A stretch of 64,000 bases of DNA from Eledone cirrhosa (Eukaryota): positions 23,250,001 through 23,314,000 of the forward strand of contig OZ024742.1 in the NCBI GenBank assembly GCA_964016885.1, given 5' to 3'. Shown here in pieces: positions 26,695-41,732 of the stretch; position 1 is the stretch's first letter; the number at the start of each line of letters is the position of its first letter. Under the pieces are notes generated by a model that was not told where the DNA came from, did not search any database, and saw nothing but the letters and a program-made list of their open reading frames with translations. The position numbers and the translations under genes were made by a program.

Positions 26695-26754
<60 letters not shown>

Positions 26755-26975
26755 AGATAAAAAGATGGTTAAAAGAGTTCCATGTATTTTATTATGCGCA
26801 TTTCAAAAACAAATATCATCATTTGCAGTTTTAAATCAACATTTGAAAAGTACTTTTAGATTGATGTGTGATAATGGGAAAAAAAAACTTTAGTCCAGAA
26901 ATAGCCGTCGAAACGGCTTGAGCTCTGCCGTCGAGGTCATACTTTCTCATATATATATATATATGGATATATATA

Positions 26976-27114
<139 letters not shown>

Positions 27115-27360
27115 ATATATAAGTAAATACTGAAATGTAAATGACGATGGTTGGTTTAATTTCTTCAGTTCCAGTCGTAAGTACATCTAATAAAGCGGTG
27201 ATATGGAAAATCAATAGTAGTAATACATAGATCGAAATATAGAGCATATATTATGATTGAAAAGATTGGTGAGAGGAAGTTTAGATTTGGATTTATTGAG
27301 GGTTAAAAAGCAAACTGAGAAGACAAATATGAGATAATTGATGTCAAACGGCGTTACAGA

Positions 27361-28002
27361 CAGGGTTGGAATTAGACCTTGCGTGGCCTAGGGCACTACC
27401 AGTTGGTGAGGGGTGCATCAGGCTGTGGTGGTGGTGGGATGCTCTTACACAACAGGAATAGAATACACAACAAACCCTCCAATTTTACATATCAAAGTTA
27501 GCTTGGTGAAAGTAATAGGAATTGGAATGTTATACATACATGTAATACATTCTAAATTTCTAACCGTCCTAAGAATTAAAAACTCAGCTGAGTGCACACA
27601 TAAATTGCTACGGCTGTCGCTGATTGGGCACCCACTCTCCCTGACCAAAAGATCATAATTTCAATTTCCAGCGACACGTTGTATCAGTGAGCAACTCACT
27701 TTCTATTACAAAAGTTTTCCAATTGGCTCAGCTGGCAAAATTCAGTTGTAAATGTAATTCAAACATCTAGCCATGTGACACACATTTTCAGGCTCAATCT
27801 CCCTGAGAATTACGTTAATTGTACATGTGGCTATGGGATGCTCAGTTAATTGCACATACATTTCAGAAGCAGGTTGTTTATTTGGAAATTAAAAGAATCT
27901 AACCTTCCTAAAATAAAAAAAAATCACAGCTGAGAGCACAAATAAATTGCTACAACCGTCGCTTGTGGTCCCAACCATTTCCCCCTATTAAATCCAACCC
28001 TG
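27361..28002. mobile_element. hAT-type MITE
   Basis: TIRs cagggttggaatta / taaatccaaccctg. The 8-bp TSD is gttacaga / attacaga (one mismatch). Confidence 0.75.
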
Positions 28003-28869
28003 ATTACAGAAGAAGGGATTAGTGACAGTTCGAAATTCCAGCCAAGCTGTTCTACAGAAATATAAAGATCATAGCCTGTCCATATGTATTTAATGCTCAT
28101 TCAATTAATGTCAGAACGTTTTATTTATTCTGCGAGTGAAAATACATATTATAGAATTATATATGAAAACATAACCGACGTGACTACACCAGCATTGCTG
28201 AAGTATTTTGTAGAGTTAAAGATTAATTGATTTTCCACCCATTTATTATTCTGTTGCCTGAGAGACAAATACATCAAAGGTGTATGACACAAAAATGCGC
28301 CTTAATTTCTTGAAATAACAATAATGGCTATAGAAGGGACAGTTTACGTGTAGTAGCAAGTAAGATAAACTCGTTTAGGCTTTTTTGTGTCTGAAAAAAT
28401 ACTTTTATTTTATCATATTGAAATAGTAAAAACGATATGTATATATATTTAACAAACATTTAGTGAAGGCATGAGTATTTGGTACTGTGTATATATCACA
28501 TGTCTTGAAAGATAGACGTGTTTTCTTGGGCTCTGCTAGAGTCAGCAGCAAAACACACAACCACGTGTTGCTACACACACGGAAAAAATAACCCCCGCAA
28601 TAGAGATATGTACATCTATATTTTCATATCTAAATATCGTTATTATTATTTACTGATGTCTCTCTGTGTTTAACGTAAAATACAAGTTCATTAATATATG
28701 CACCTGTATATATACATATATGTATGTGTGTGCACTTTCCTGTGATTGAAAAAAAACTACAGATTCAACACCCAACGAGATAAACATTTTCAACTTTTCC
28801 ACATCCACTCTGTCTGAATGTTCTCTTAACATAATATCTGCTCCAAGCTCTATTTAAGATTTGTTTACC

Positions 28870-29910
28870 ATACATTGATGATCTTCCGCTTGGATTACCC
28901 ATTACTCAAATACTTTTGCGTTCCAAACATTCGCAGCATTAATTCACTGTCTAATACAAGATCCCTGGAATCAGAATGTGCTGCTATGATGGAATACATC
29001 CTAGAATGGAAACATAACCACAAATAATAAATGCTATTAACCATTGATAGGAACCTCACAAGTATAACGCACCAAAATATACGCGAAGAGCGAGAGAAAG
29101 AAACAAAATAAAAGTAAGGGGGACAAAAATAAAAAACGACCATTAATTCGCTGCCAAATAATTTTTTTCGAATCGGATTAGAAAGAGAGAAGAAATAAAA
29201 ATTAAAAACAAACCAACACGTGTTGCTCCCCACACGGATATACACACATATATGTGTGTATTTGACATACATATGTACGTGGGCATACATGTATGTGTAT
29301 ATATATGTATGTGGTATGCTAATATTATGCCATTCCTTGGCGCAAACATACCCATTTACAGGCTTTTTCATCCCATTGAATGAGAGTCGTACAGAGCTGT
29401 TATACTAGTCGCGAATTATTAAACAGTATAGTTCGCCATACGTAACTGAACACGTGAAGCCCATAAAGATGTTGATCCTGACATCGATGAAGGAAATTTG
29501 CCTGCATCAGATACCAACCCTCTTGAGTTGATCAATTTTTATCTTAAACATTTACCACGCTGCTTCATCACTTCTAACACATTATCAAATCCACTAGACT
29601 CTATCCATATCTACATTGATGATTGTACGCTTGGATTATCTGATTACCCAATAGTCAAACATTCCCGACATTAACTCACAGTTTAATCCATGATGCTGGG
29701 AAGCAGTATGTGCTCTCATGATGGAATACATCCTAGAATGAAAATATAACCTCAAATAATAACTGCTAGGAACCTCACAAATTTAACGCACCGAAATATA
29801 CGAGAAGAGCGAGAGGAATAAATAAAAACAAATGGAAACAGAACAAAACAAAACAAAACTAACCACCAATTTACTGCCGAATAATTTGAATCGGATTAGA
29901 CAGAGAGAAA
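28870..29910. repeat. Diverged ~320 bp direct repeat pair (28870-29190 and 29612-29910)
   Basis: tacattgatgat..gatggaatacatcctagaatg..gaagagcgagag..gaatcggattaga is present twice. Confidence 0.75.
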
Positions 29911-30519
29911 GAAAAGATTAAAAAAAAAAATAAAAATAGAGAATATATTTATTTGCCGTTGTGCTGCCAAATGATGCCGAAAGCCACTGACCCGCATCTC
30001 CGGTCAAGAAGGTGACAGCAACAGGATAATAACATCGACTCCTCATCTTCGGTAATGGAAGGCACTCGGGCCTCAGCATACTGCCAGGCGGCCCGAACTG
30101 GTAGCAGTTTCATCTCCACCACCATTAACAAGAGGAATACAACGACAACAACTGTGACATTAACAACAACAACACACATGTGTATACATCAACATCTCAC
30201 CAGCAATCTTCACCATTAACAAGAGGCAGGCAACGACGACAACAGTGACATTAACAACAACAACTCTACCATTAACAAGAGGAAGCAAACCCTAGCATTA
30301 GTTACTCACCTCCAGCCACAAGGTCCTATGACAAACTGCTACGTTGCTCGCATGCGTGCTAAACTCTGGGTCTTTCCGCTGAGAACAACCCCCTGCCCCC
30401 CCCCCTCTTTTGTACATTAATCCATTCACTCATTCATTTACTAACATTCTACCTTCCTGTGTGGCCCCCTCCATGCATCTCCTTCTTTTCTCTTTTGTTT
30501 TCTGACACCTCTATATATA

Positions 30520-32222
30520 TAGGTGAGCCATGATGCCCTCTTATCAGCACGTTCCCTTCCACCCACACACACCAGCCACCCACCCCTGATGCCGCTCGGT
30601 GCCCCAGAGCCTGGCCCCAGGCCCCATCCCCTATCCCTCCAAGTCGATACCTGCAGCACTTGCAGCACCACTAACAAACGGAAGATGGGCCGGAACTGTT
30701 TGGGGTGCGGCTGCTTCCACTACCTCACCTGCGTTGGTTTGACTCGTCGAGCTTCCAATGCCCTCGTAGCGTGGAGGTGCAAGAGCTGCCTCTTTGCCAC
30801 GTCTTCCCAGCCATGGCCGTCTGGCACACCATCAAGCGAGCTTGCCTGGCACCCAAGCCTCGCTGGTCAACATGGCTCGGCTCAGGCGGCTCCGGAAGTT
30901 CCCACTCAGGATCCCGAGAGCGGCACGACTGTCGGTAGCCGATGCCCTCGCTTCCTCGATTGAGAGCGCCCTGGACTCCAATTGGGCCAGTGACTGGGAG
31001 CGGCTGTTCTATTTCGCCCCACTCACCCTCAGACTCCCCAGCTCTGTCACTGACCAGGACGGCCGGTCATCAGTAGCCTTCGTCAAGGCCAATGTCTCGT
31101 CCTCTGGGCGAGCGCCCATTCCAACCGTGCCTCAGGTAACCCTATCCTCAACCCCCAAGGCTAGCGCTAAGCTTATCATGGGTGATTTCTCGGCCGCAGT
31201 CAGATTTGTTGCCCCAGAGGACACTGTCCTCCAACCCACCGAGGAGGTCCTGGCTGCTCTGCGAGTACCTACTGATCTCAGACCCATACCCTCACCCGAC
31301 CCCCACTTGCTCTTTGTGGCTTCTGATGCAGACATCATGTCCGCCATCAGGTCCTTCCCAGCTAGCAGATGCAGAGGTGTTGATGGTCTCCGACCAGGCC
31401 ACCTCAGGGAATTGATATCCCCCCTCCCCGCTGAGGCCGGGCGCCGCGTTCTGAGTGCAACTGTGGGCCAATAGGCTCATCCGTGGCGCCCTGGACCCTT
31501 ACGCTCGAGGCCTCTTTTTTCGGTCAGCCTCACCCATCTCAGGAAGAAAGAGGTTGTGATACGCCCCATTGCTGTGGGCTATGTCTTCCGGAGGCTGGCT
31601 GCCCAGGTGATCTGCAAGGTGAGGAGTTTAGTCCGGTGCAAATGGGTGTCGGCGTGTCCGGTGGCTATGAGGGGCCGCTCATGCAACCAGGCCGCTCTTC
31701 AACAGCTGCCTATTGGAACCGGCATCCAGGGACTCCAGGCACCTCATTGTCAAGCTTGACATGAGGAATGCCTTCAACTCTTTACGCTGGGATCATCTGC
31801 TCGAGGCCTGCCTCAGCCGAGCCCCTTCTGCCTACCCGCTGGCCTACCTGTCTTATAGATCCCCGAGCATACTCCTTGCTACTGATACGGTCATACCCTC
31901 GGCTACTGGGGTCCAACAGGGCGACCCTTTGGGACCCCTCCTGTTTGCCCTTTGTATTAACCATATCGCCCGGAGTATCACGGCTCCCCTCAACGTTTGG
32001 TATCTGGATGATGCTACGCTGGGCAGGCCCGTCCCATGTCCTTCAATCGGTGGTTCCTGCCCTGGCGGGAATCGGCCTCCAGGTCAAGTCAGCCAAGTCG
32101 GAGGTGGTGAATCTCAACCTCGATTCTGCGAGATTTCCAGCCTCCGTCTTGGACGTGCAGTCCATTCACCGCCAGGTTCAGGTAACCCCAAAAGTGGGTG
32201 TCCTCATCCTCGGGTCATCCTC
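30520..32222 (+). mobile_element. CRE-clade-like non-LTR retrotransposon fragment (PHD-like finger + RT), frameshifted and 3'-truncated
   Basis: Motifs CSTC..CLGCGCFHYLTC..WRCKSC, GVDGLRPGHLRELI, IRPIAVGYVFRRLAA, KLDMRNAFNSL, GVQQGDPLGPLLFAL and WYLDD. Confidence 0.8.
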
Positions 32223-32291
32223 GTTAATTTATCGTGATATTTATGTGATGATTTCAAATGAATGAAACAGTTCTAGTCCTGTAGAATCTCA

Positions 32292-32348
<57 letters not shown>

Positions 32349-32386
32349 AATGTATATATATATATTTATATTATATTATTTCTGAT

Positions 32387-32495
32387 CAAATCCCGCCGAG
32401 GTTAACTTTGCCTTTCATCCTTACGGGGTCGATAAAATAAAGTACCAGTAATGTACTGGGTAATTGCTGGCCTTGTGCCTAAAATAGAAACAATT
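32387..32495 (+). mobile_element. Octopus-type SINE 3' half
   Basis: Same core as 4165-4380. Confidence 0.75.
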
Positions 32496-32798
32496 ATTTC
32501 CGAAGACAGCATATATATGTGAAGGTATGTATATTTCCTCTGATAGTTTGTAATATTGTTACATAGATCTATATGATATACATACCAACACACATATATA
32601 TCCTAGAAACGATCGTAAAATGGTGAATTTTTTAATATAAGGAACTTGTTCTTTGTTTTTATTCATTGTTTTTATTAATTTATCTTGACTCTGTTTCCTG
32701 TGATTTTCAGCGATAATTTTTGAATGCATCTTCTCTTTTCATGATATTTGGATTACATTGAGTTCTTCATACGGATTGGACACTACCGTATATTTTGG

Positions 32799-33005
<207 letters not shown>

Positions 33006-33369
33006 TGTGGTGGTTGTCTACTAATATAATGATTCTGTCGGAGATTAATAGATAAAACAAACCATGTTTAGATGGAGAATATCACAATAGGTTTATTCTC
33101 TGATTTCTACATTGAATTCAAGGACTCGTGCATAGAAAAGCACTATTTCAAATTTCATTGGATCTTACACAAGAACCAGGAAAAGAAGAATTACATTGCA
33201 ATTCAAATTAAATAGAAAAAAAAAGTCACATTTGATTGTGACTGAACTTTAACATGATAGCATCATATTGTTTTTGTCTTTTTTAATTACAAAAGACAGC
33301 TTGCTGGCATTTGTTGTTGGCATTTACATGCACGCACGCATACACGCATATATACTATTCACATCCTTG

Positions 33370-33412
<43 letters not shown>

Positions 33413-33448
33413 TCTTCTATATCTATAGCTATCTATCTATATGCATAC

Positions 33449-33497
<49 letters not shown>

Positions 33498-34010
33498 TAT
33501 ATATTTATATATATATATATACATGCATATATATATACACACATACACCCACACACAGATACATATATATACATGTGTATACATATATGTATATACATGT
33601 GTATACATATAAATACATATTATATATCTTAGAAGCAATTATATATGTATCTATATACATTTATATATACATATGTATGTATAGGCCAATATACACATAC
33701 TTGGAGATGGGTATGGATGTATGTTTCTATTAATGAATAATCGATTATTTTTAAGGAGATTACGCACTGAAACTAAAGCTAAGAATTATCTGACGAAAAG
33801 TAAGCTGATAAGAAACTGCTTCGGTGCTTTTATACACCCACAAACATATATACACACAGAGATACATGCAGATATTCCTTTCGCATGTATATACATATAT
33901 ATATATGTATGTGTGTGTGTGGGTGTGGGTGTGTGTGTGTGTGTGCATGTTTATATGTGTGTGTTTATATACATATACACATATATATAAATATATATAT
34001 ATTTATATAT

Positions 34011-34080
<70 letters not shown>

Positions 34081-34213
34081 ACATGTATGTATATATATAA
34101 ATATTTATTCATATATACATATATATATATATGTATATATATATGAGTATATATGTGTGTATATAAATATTTATATATATATATATATATGTTTATGGAT
34201 AACATTTGTTGTG

Positions 34214-34255
<42 letters not shown>

Positions 34256-35802
34256 CATATATGCATATATATATATATGTGTCTGTATATAGACACACAT
34301 TAAATCGCATAAAATAGGCCTGCTCGTACACACACGGACACATACAACCACACATACATTTACAGATACTTTACACTCGCTGACTAAAACCCAATGGTCT
34401 CCTCTAACAGAATGCTAAACGTATGTCTTATTTAACCGAGAAGAGGATTAGTATTTTTCTACATACAAATATCTATATTTAGCCCACACTTCTAACATAT
34501 ACACATCCTTTGGAATTTTGTCATGCAATTCCTTAAATCCGAATTTGATTCCAGGTTTTGATTTAAAACACTGATTGGCAGATTTAAAGCTATGTATTTT
34601 GGTACGTTTACTTCAAATGACTGATCATGTATTTCTGAATAATCCGACTGTCTGACACCTGTCATCCGGCTTCGATATTTGAACGTCTTGATTCCTTAGT
34701 TAATAAAATTTGAAACTCTATGTCTATCTATACATCTAGTCATAGATCCATATATACTCTATTCATACAGAAATGACTATATCCGTACAACTGCACATAT
34801 ATCCATACAACTCTGCATACACCCAAACCTCTCGTCACAGATCCACACAGTCTATTTATACAGAAATGACTATCAGTACATCTACTCATATATCCATACT
34901 TCACTTCATGTTTTCATATAAATTAGCTATACAATTGTCTTCGCATTAATGATGCTAACCGATTTATATTTATCCATATTTTGTTGCTGTCAAATCATCT
35001 CTACAATATAGCTATTTTGTCTACATAACACAGCTTTATTGACCTTTATCGATACATTTCTCATTGAAATCATCCATCGATCTACACATTGCTTTATCTA
35101 TATTCCCATCAATCCAATCTTCCTCCTTCCATACATCTTTCCTTATATCTAGACATCTAATACTCCATCCCCACATAAATCCCTGGATATAACTACAAAT
35201 GCTAGATGTTTTTACAATATTAAATACAACCTCCTAATCAGTAAATATGTAACATTACCACATGGATGATTTATCTTAGGAAGAGGAACTTTTTAAGTAA
35301 CCAGAGAGAGCGACGACTATCTTATCCCTACACCTCATTTTTCTGAAACTGTATTTCAGAGATTAGTCATCAACTTCGTGGAGAAATATTGAGCATCCCC
35401 CTCTGTCTATATCACATGCTCATTCCTTAACAAGCAATACCTACATATTCCCTGAAGTGCATTTAACATATCTGGGATGGATCTATTGCAGCTGACACTG
35501 CTGCTGCTATATGCAAACATTCTAGACTAAATGTGCAACAGAAGGCCATTCAGTGAGGAGCTCTATTTGACTCATGCTCTATCAACTCTAATGTACTTGT
35601 AGAGCTTTCACTGACACAGATTCTATCATCTATAATCTACTGGTGACGCTCTCATTAGCTTAGATCATATCAACTTCTGTGGAGGTGTCAAGCTCTCTAA
35701 ATCACAGTCTATCAGAGTTCCAACTGACCCACACTCTATCTACTCTCGTACCTTTTAGACCGATTCTCCTAGGAATACCATAAATATATAAAGCATAATG
35801 TC

Positions 35803-36066
35803 TGTCTTGAGCTCGAAGGCTCATCAGGCTGGGGCTTATCCCGGCATTAAAATAATGAGTGTACAAGACTTCCCCCTGGACAGGGTGCCAGTCCATCGCA
35901 GGGTTACACCACCAGCTATTGCTGGTACACAATTTAGCTGATTATAGCGTGGCCACATGAAAGAAACTGTTTTGCTCAAGAACAATACACACCGCCCAGT
36001 AAGGAATCGAACCCATGATATTATGATCGTAAGACCAACATCCTTACCACTAGGCAGCCTGCCTCG
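35803..36066 (-). mobile_element. tRNA-derived SINE with Nin/V-like conserved domain
   Basis: Reverse complement has A/B boxes, ttgagcaa, aaccctgcgatggactggcaccctgtccaggggg and ccgggataagc..cctgatgagcc. Confidence 0.7.
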
Positions 36067-36659
36067 ACAGCATTAAACATGACGACGACAGTACAATTCC
36101 TTGTTCTGTCATTACCGATAGCAAGAGTATTGAAAAAACTTCACCAATATTTGTGTGTATATATTTAACATATGGTGACATGTAACGCCCACCAAATAAA
36201 TCTTCATGACACTGAAGGAATTTTCACAGAGTTTAAACACTAAAACTAAAAACAAACAAGAACATCTTGCAGTAAAAGACATGTGCACCATGGAACGGGA
36301 AAATATTGACATTTCTCTTAAGAATTATATATTTGATAGCTGTCCTTGCAACACTTTTGATAGAAACAACAAAAATAATCGACGACCATACATTCACACA
36401 TACACACATGCACACACACACACACACATGCACTCTCTCTCTCTTTCTCTCTCTCACATATAAAGATATTCATTCTTTCTCTCACACTTACACACATTTG
36501 CAAAATAAATATTAACCATGCAAGTGAGTTTCTTGAGGGGAGAAATTTGAACGACTAGCATGTCATATTTTCTGTGAATCTAGCTGGCAACAGAAGCACT
36601 TTGGCTATGGGACATTTAGACGATAGTAAGATGATATGGTAGCATTATGTAACAGATTA

Positions 36660-36930
36660 TAGAAGATCATGAAAACATGTAACACCAACACCCAGGAATG
36701 GACCTGCCTGGCTGCTGACCGCCATGGTTGGAGCCGCACCATCCAGCAGTCCACCAACACATTCAAGGCAAACTGTAAGCCAGGAGGAGAAGAGAGCCTG
36801 GTGGAAGGGCTGGGCCAGGGTGGAGCAAAGGCATTTCCCTGCGGTCACTGTGGGCGGATAGGCCTATCTCGGATCGACCAGATCAGAAAACAACGCGCAT
36901 GCAAGCTAGGAGGACAGAGTGGACCTGACC
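36660..36930 (+). mobile_element. RTE LINE 3' remnant with degenerate C2H2-like finger
   Basis: Encodes WTCLAADRHGW...FPCGHCGRIGLSRI..QRAC. Confidence 0.7.
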
Positions 36931-38316
36931 TTTAATTTAATGTATCTTAGTATCGAAGTCATCGCCATCACATTATGTAACAAAATCAAATACTTTTCAA
37001 GTAAAATCTGCCAGATTGGTGTAAGTAAGAATCAAAATAATCTACTCGTGTATTTCGAAATTCACGGAGGTTTTTCTCTTCTCCCTGCATACCCCACAAA
37101 AAAAATGTTGAAACATACGTCACAAATAAGTGAAGTGAGATCACCTACATCGGGCGAAACGGCATATGGCAGAGCCAAACTCAAGCGTTTCGTCGACCAG
37201 AATTTGTTGCGAAATTTAAATTATGAAAATCCTAAATAGATGCAACACTGATTGGAATTGCTAAAATGGTAAGACAACATCAAAAGCAATTGGAAAATCA
37301 ACTATAATTATAATGCAAACAGTTTCTGCAATAAAACGAAACGAGGATAATGGCCTTACAAAACCACACAAATCCAAGCCAATCATTTTGAGTGCACCGT
37401 CCATGACGACGACAACAATGACAACAACGACACCAGCAGCAACACCAACAATGATAACAACATGAAAATAACATTAACAACAACAACGACATCATTAACA
37501 ACACTAACAAAACGTGTAATAACAGCAACATGAGGTTTGTTAATATTTCTCTATTAACATTTTTTTTACTGCAAACTGTGTTTCATTGCAATAATGAAAT
37601 ATAATACACGCACACGTAAACATGCACATGTATATATATCTATATATATATATACACATACATATATATATATTTATATATGTACGTACACACACACGCA
37701 TACATATGTATATATATATGCACATGTATACAGTGACACATACACTCACACACAGAAAGGTAAAATGATAACAAGAACAAAATGAAATAAAATGGAAAAA
37801 ATAAATAAATAAAACATAAAAAAATTATTTTAAATTGATTCGACTTCAATAAAACTAAAAGGGAGGGGTTTAGAAATGGTATAATTAAAATGTATAAATC
37901 ACAGAGAAAGCCTTTTAAAGGAAGAATGATTTATGCGACGATTTCAAGAGAATGGTACGGTATTGTTGCTTGAATAAAAACAAGGGAAAAGAGATGATAT
38001 AACAACAACAACAACAGCAACAACATCGGCAAATGAAATTAATGTGATGATAAATGTTTTGAAAATAAATTATAGGCTCAGTAGTGTACCATCAACGGAA
38101 GCAAGCATTTCTGAGCCAGGAAGATGAAGATCAGAGGCAGCAGACTCTACAACTAAAAGATGTAATATAATTGGTTAGAGTTTTGTATGTCAGCAAAACA
38201 AAACTTTGCAGCCATAGTGACTGCAAAAATCAATTAAATTCTTAGAATCGAAAATATTTGCATCTCTTTCTGTAAAAATAATAGCGTCGACCATACATAC
38301 CCATACGCACACAGAG

Positions 38317-38573
<257 letters not shown>

Positions 38574-39430
38574 TATGTGAGTACGAATGTATGTATGAAT
38601 GTATGTCTTCGTCTGTGATTGTGTGTTTTGTGTTTTGGGGGTGTTAGAAGTCCATCAAAATTGTTTTACTATAACAGTTATTATTATAGCCTAACTCTTT
38701 AAGATAAGTACTGGTGTGTGTGTGTTTGTGAATGTTTGTGTATGAGTGTGTGTTTTAAATGATTGCATCAACAGATCCGGTGACATATTTCTTTAGAAAT
38801 GTTTGCTCAATGTGTTAAAGACAATATAGAAATCTTAGTGTTGTTTTGTTGTTGAAATATTTTCACAAAACAGAGCGCTTCTAGCATCCATCCATTAGCA
38901 ACTGAAAACTTTTGATCTTTAAAGTAATATCGTCTAAAATTACTAGTTATGAGTTACAAATTAGATAAAATAACATTACGAGACATCTTTAATAAGAGTT
39001 GGGGAGCTGGGTATAGTTTTCCCAGTAATGGAGATACAGACAATATGAAACTAGCTTTGAAAAGGCTTTTCATGCAGCATCACCTATAAATAACAGATGT
39101 AGCCAATATTTCAATAAAGCACTTAGTTTAATCAGTATAAAAACCCAGCGTCCATTTACATTGAAGAGCCGCCGCTAAAATACTTCTGCATGTGTTAATG
39201 GATGGCGCAGAGAAATTACTTTCAATTTATTGATAATTCCGTAACTTTGAAAAATAATATTAGAGTTTGTCGAAGGAGGACGGCAAATAAACGGAATAAT
39301 TTTGGTTTCATTTTTCATGTTATCGACATATTTGTGTTAATTTATTCTCATTTGATAAATGCAGATAACTATCAATACTTGAAGCACGTATTGGTTATTG
39401 CCCGTATATAAATATATATGTATGTATATA

Positions 39431-39502
<72 letters not shown>

Positions 39503-39541
39503 TATATATATATATAAATTTTTTTATGTATTTATGTATAT

Positions 39542-39595
<54 letters not shown>

Positions 39596-39758
39596 CCTTT
39601 CATTTATATATATATATACACACACATATATATTTATATATACATATGTATATACTCGTATACATGAATGTATATATATATATACATATGTATATATAGA
39701 TGAATGTATGAATATATATATATATGTGTGTGTGTATGTGTGTGTCTGTCTGTATTTC

Positions 39759-39843
<85 letters not shown>

Positions 39844-40240
39844 GTGTGTGTACATATATATATGTGTGTGTAGAAGAAAAGTGTGCCTGTCTGTCACAAA
39901 GAGAGACTATATACATTAAAAAATTTATGGAACATTCCAGATTGTGAATGATATAGAATAATAGTTTTAGTATAAATTGCGATTTAAATCGATAATAATA
40001 TTTGATATTGAAATCACCTGTTGGTAGATAACGACATTAGTTCCTGTCTATAAATCTGTAAAGTGGGGAGAGGGGGATAACTCTGACATTTGCGGTTAGG
40101 AAAAGTATGTAGTATCAATACTAATAGGTTGTCATCAGTTACACTTAGAACGATAGCGATGATAATGATGTTGTTGTTGATGACAATGATGAAGATGTTG
40201 ACGATTATGGTTGTTGTGATTGCGATAATGTTGACAATGG

Positions 40241-40299
<59 letters not shown>

Positions 40300-40481
40300 A
40301 TGATGGTGATGATGGCGGTGACGGGTGTTATTGGTGGGGGAGATTAATACGATTTTCATCATCATCATTATCTACATCATCTCCAAGAACAATTGTTGTT
40401 GATGCTGTTGATGATGATGATGACAACTATGCCAATTTCATACAGACCAAATTGAAATAGAAAGCAGTGGAGATTAGCCTA

Positions 40482-40958
40482 GGAGAGGTTCCTCCAAACA
40501 TGGAGTGGTTCTTCCAGCCATGGAGAGACTCCTCCAAACATGGAGAGGTTCTTCCAGCCATGGAGAGACTCCTCCAAACATGGAGAGATTCCTCCAAACA
40601 TGGAGAGGTTCCTCCAAACAGGGAGAGGTTCCTGCAAACAGAGAGAGATTCCTCCAGCCAGGGAGAGGTTCCTCCAAACAAGGAGAGATTCATCCAGCCA
40701 GGGAGAGATTCATCCAGCCAGGGAGAGATTCTTCCAGCCAGAGAGAAGTTCCTCCAACCAGGGAGAGGTTCCTCCAGCCAGGGAGAGATTCCTCCAGCCA
40801 GAGAGAAGTTCCTCCAAACAGGGAGAGGTTCCTCCAACCAGGGAAAGGTTCCTCCAGCCGGGAGAGATTCCTCCAGCCAGAGAGAAGTTCCTCCAACCAG
40901 GGAGAGGTTCCTCCAGCCAGGGAGAGGTTCCTCCAGCCAGGGAGAGGTTCCTCCAACC
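40482..40958. repeat. 20-bp minisatellite (consensus ~GGAGAGGTTCCTCCAGCCAG)
   Basis: About 24 tandem variant units. Confidence 0.95.
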
Positions 40959-41054
40959 GGCGTAAGTCCTAGATTGGATTTGTGTACTTGACTGCCACTT
41001 TATTTAATCGACCTCGGTGGGATTTGGACGCAGTATTCTATCTCCTTGTCTAGC

Positions 41055-41732
41055 AATTCTGCTCTACCAATTCTGGTCTACCAATTCTGCTCTACCAATT
41101 CTGATCTACCAATTCTGGTCTACCAATTCTGGTTTACCAATTCTGGTCTACCAAATCTGCTCTACCAATTCTGGTCTACCAATCTGCTTTACCAATTCTA
41201 GTCTGACAAATCTGCTCTACCAAATCTGCTCTACCAATTCTGGTCTACTTATTCTGCTCTAACAATTCTGGTCTGCCAATTCTGCTCTAACAATTCTTGT
41301 CTACCAATTCTGCTCTACCAATTCTGCTCTACCTATTCTGGTCTACCAATTCTGTTCTATCAATTTTGCTCTACCAATTCTGCTCTACCAATTCTGGTCT
41401 ACTAACTCTACTCCAAAAATTCTGATTTACCTATTCTGGTCTATCAATTCTGTTCTACCAATTCTGCTCTACCAATTCTGTACTACCAATTCTGTTCTAC
41501 CAATTCTGCTCTACCAATTCTGCTCTACCAATTCTGCTCGACCAATTATGCTCTACCAATTATGCACAAGCAATTCTGCTCCAACAATTCTGCTCTACCA
41601 ATTCTGCTCTACCATTTCTGGTCTACCAATTTTGGTCTACCTGTTCTGGTCTACCAATTCTGGCCTACCAATTCTGCTCTACCAATTCTGGGCTACCGAT
41701 TCTGCTCTACCAATTCTGCTTTACCAATTCTG
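41055..41732. repeat. 14-bp minisatellite (consensus ~AATTCTGCTCTACC)
   Basis: About 48 tandem variant units. Confidence 0.95.

Noticed and set aside
40090-40368. Poly-Met / poly-His ORFs (reflectin- or His-rich-like)
   Set aside because: This is a simple (GAT)n repeat with no reflectin motifs or splice context.
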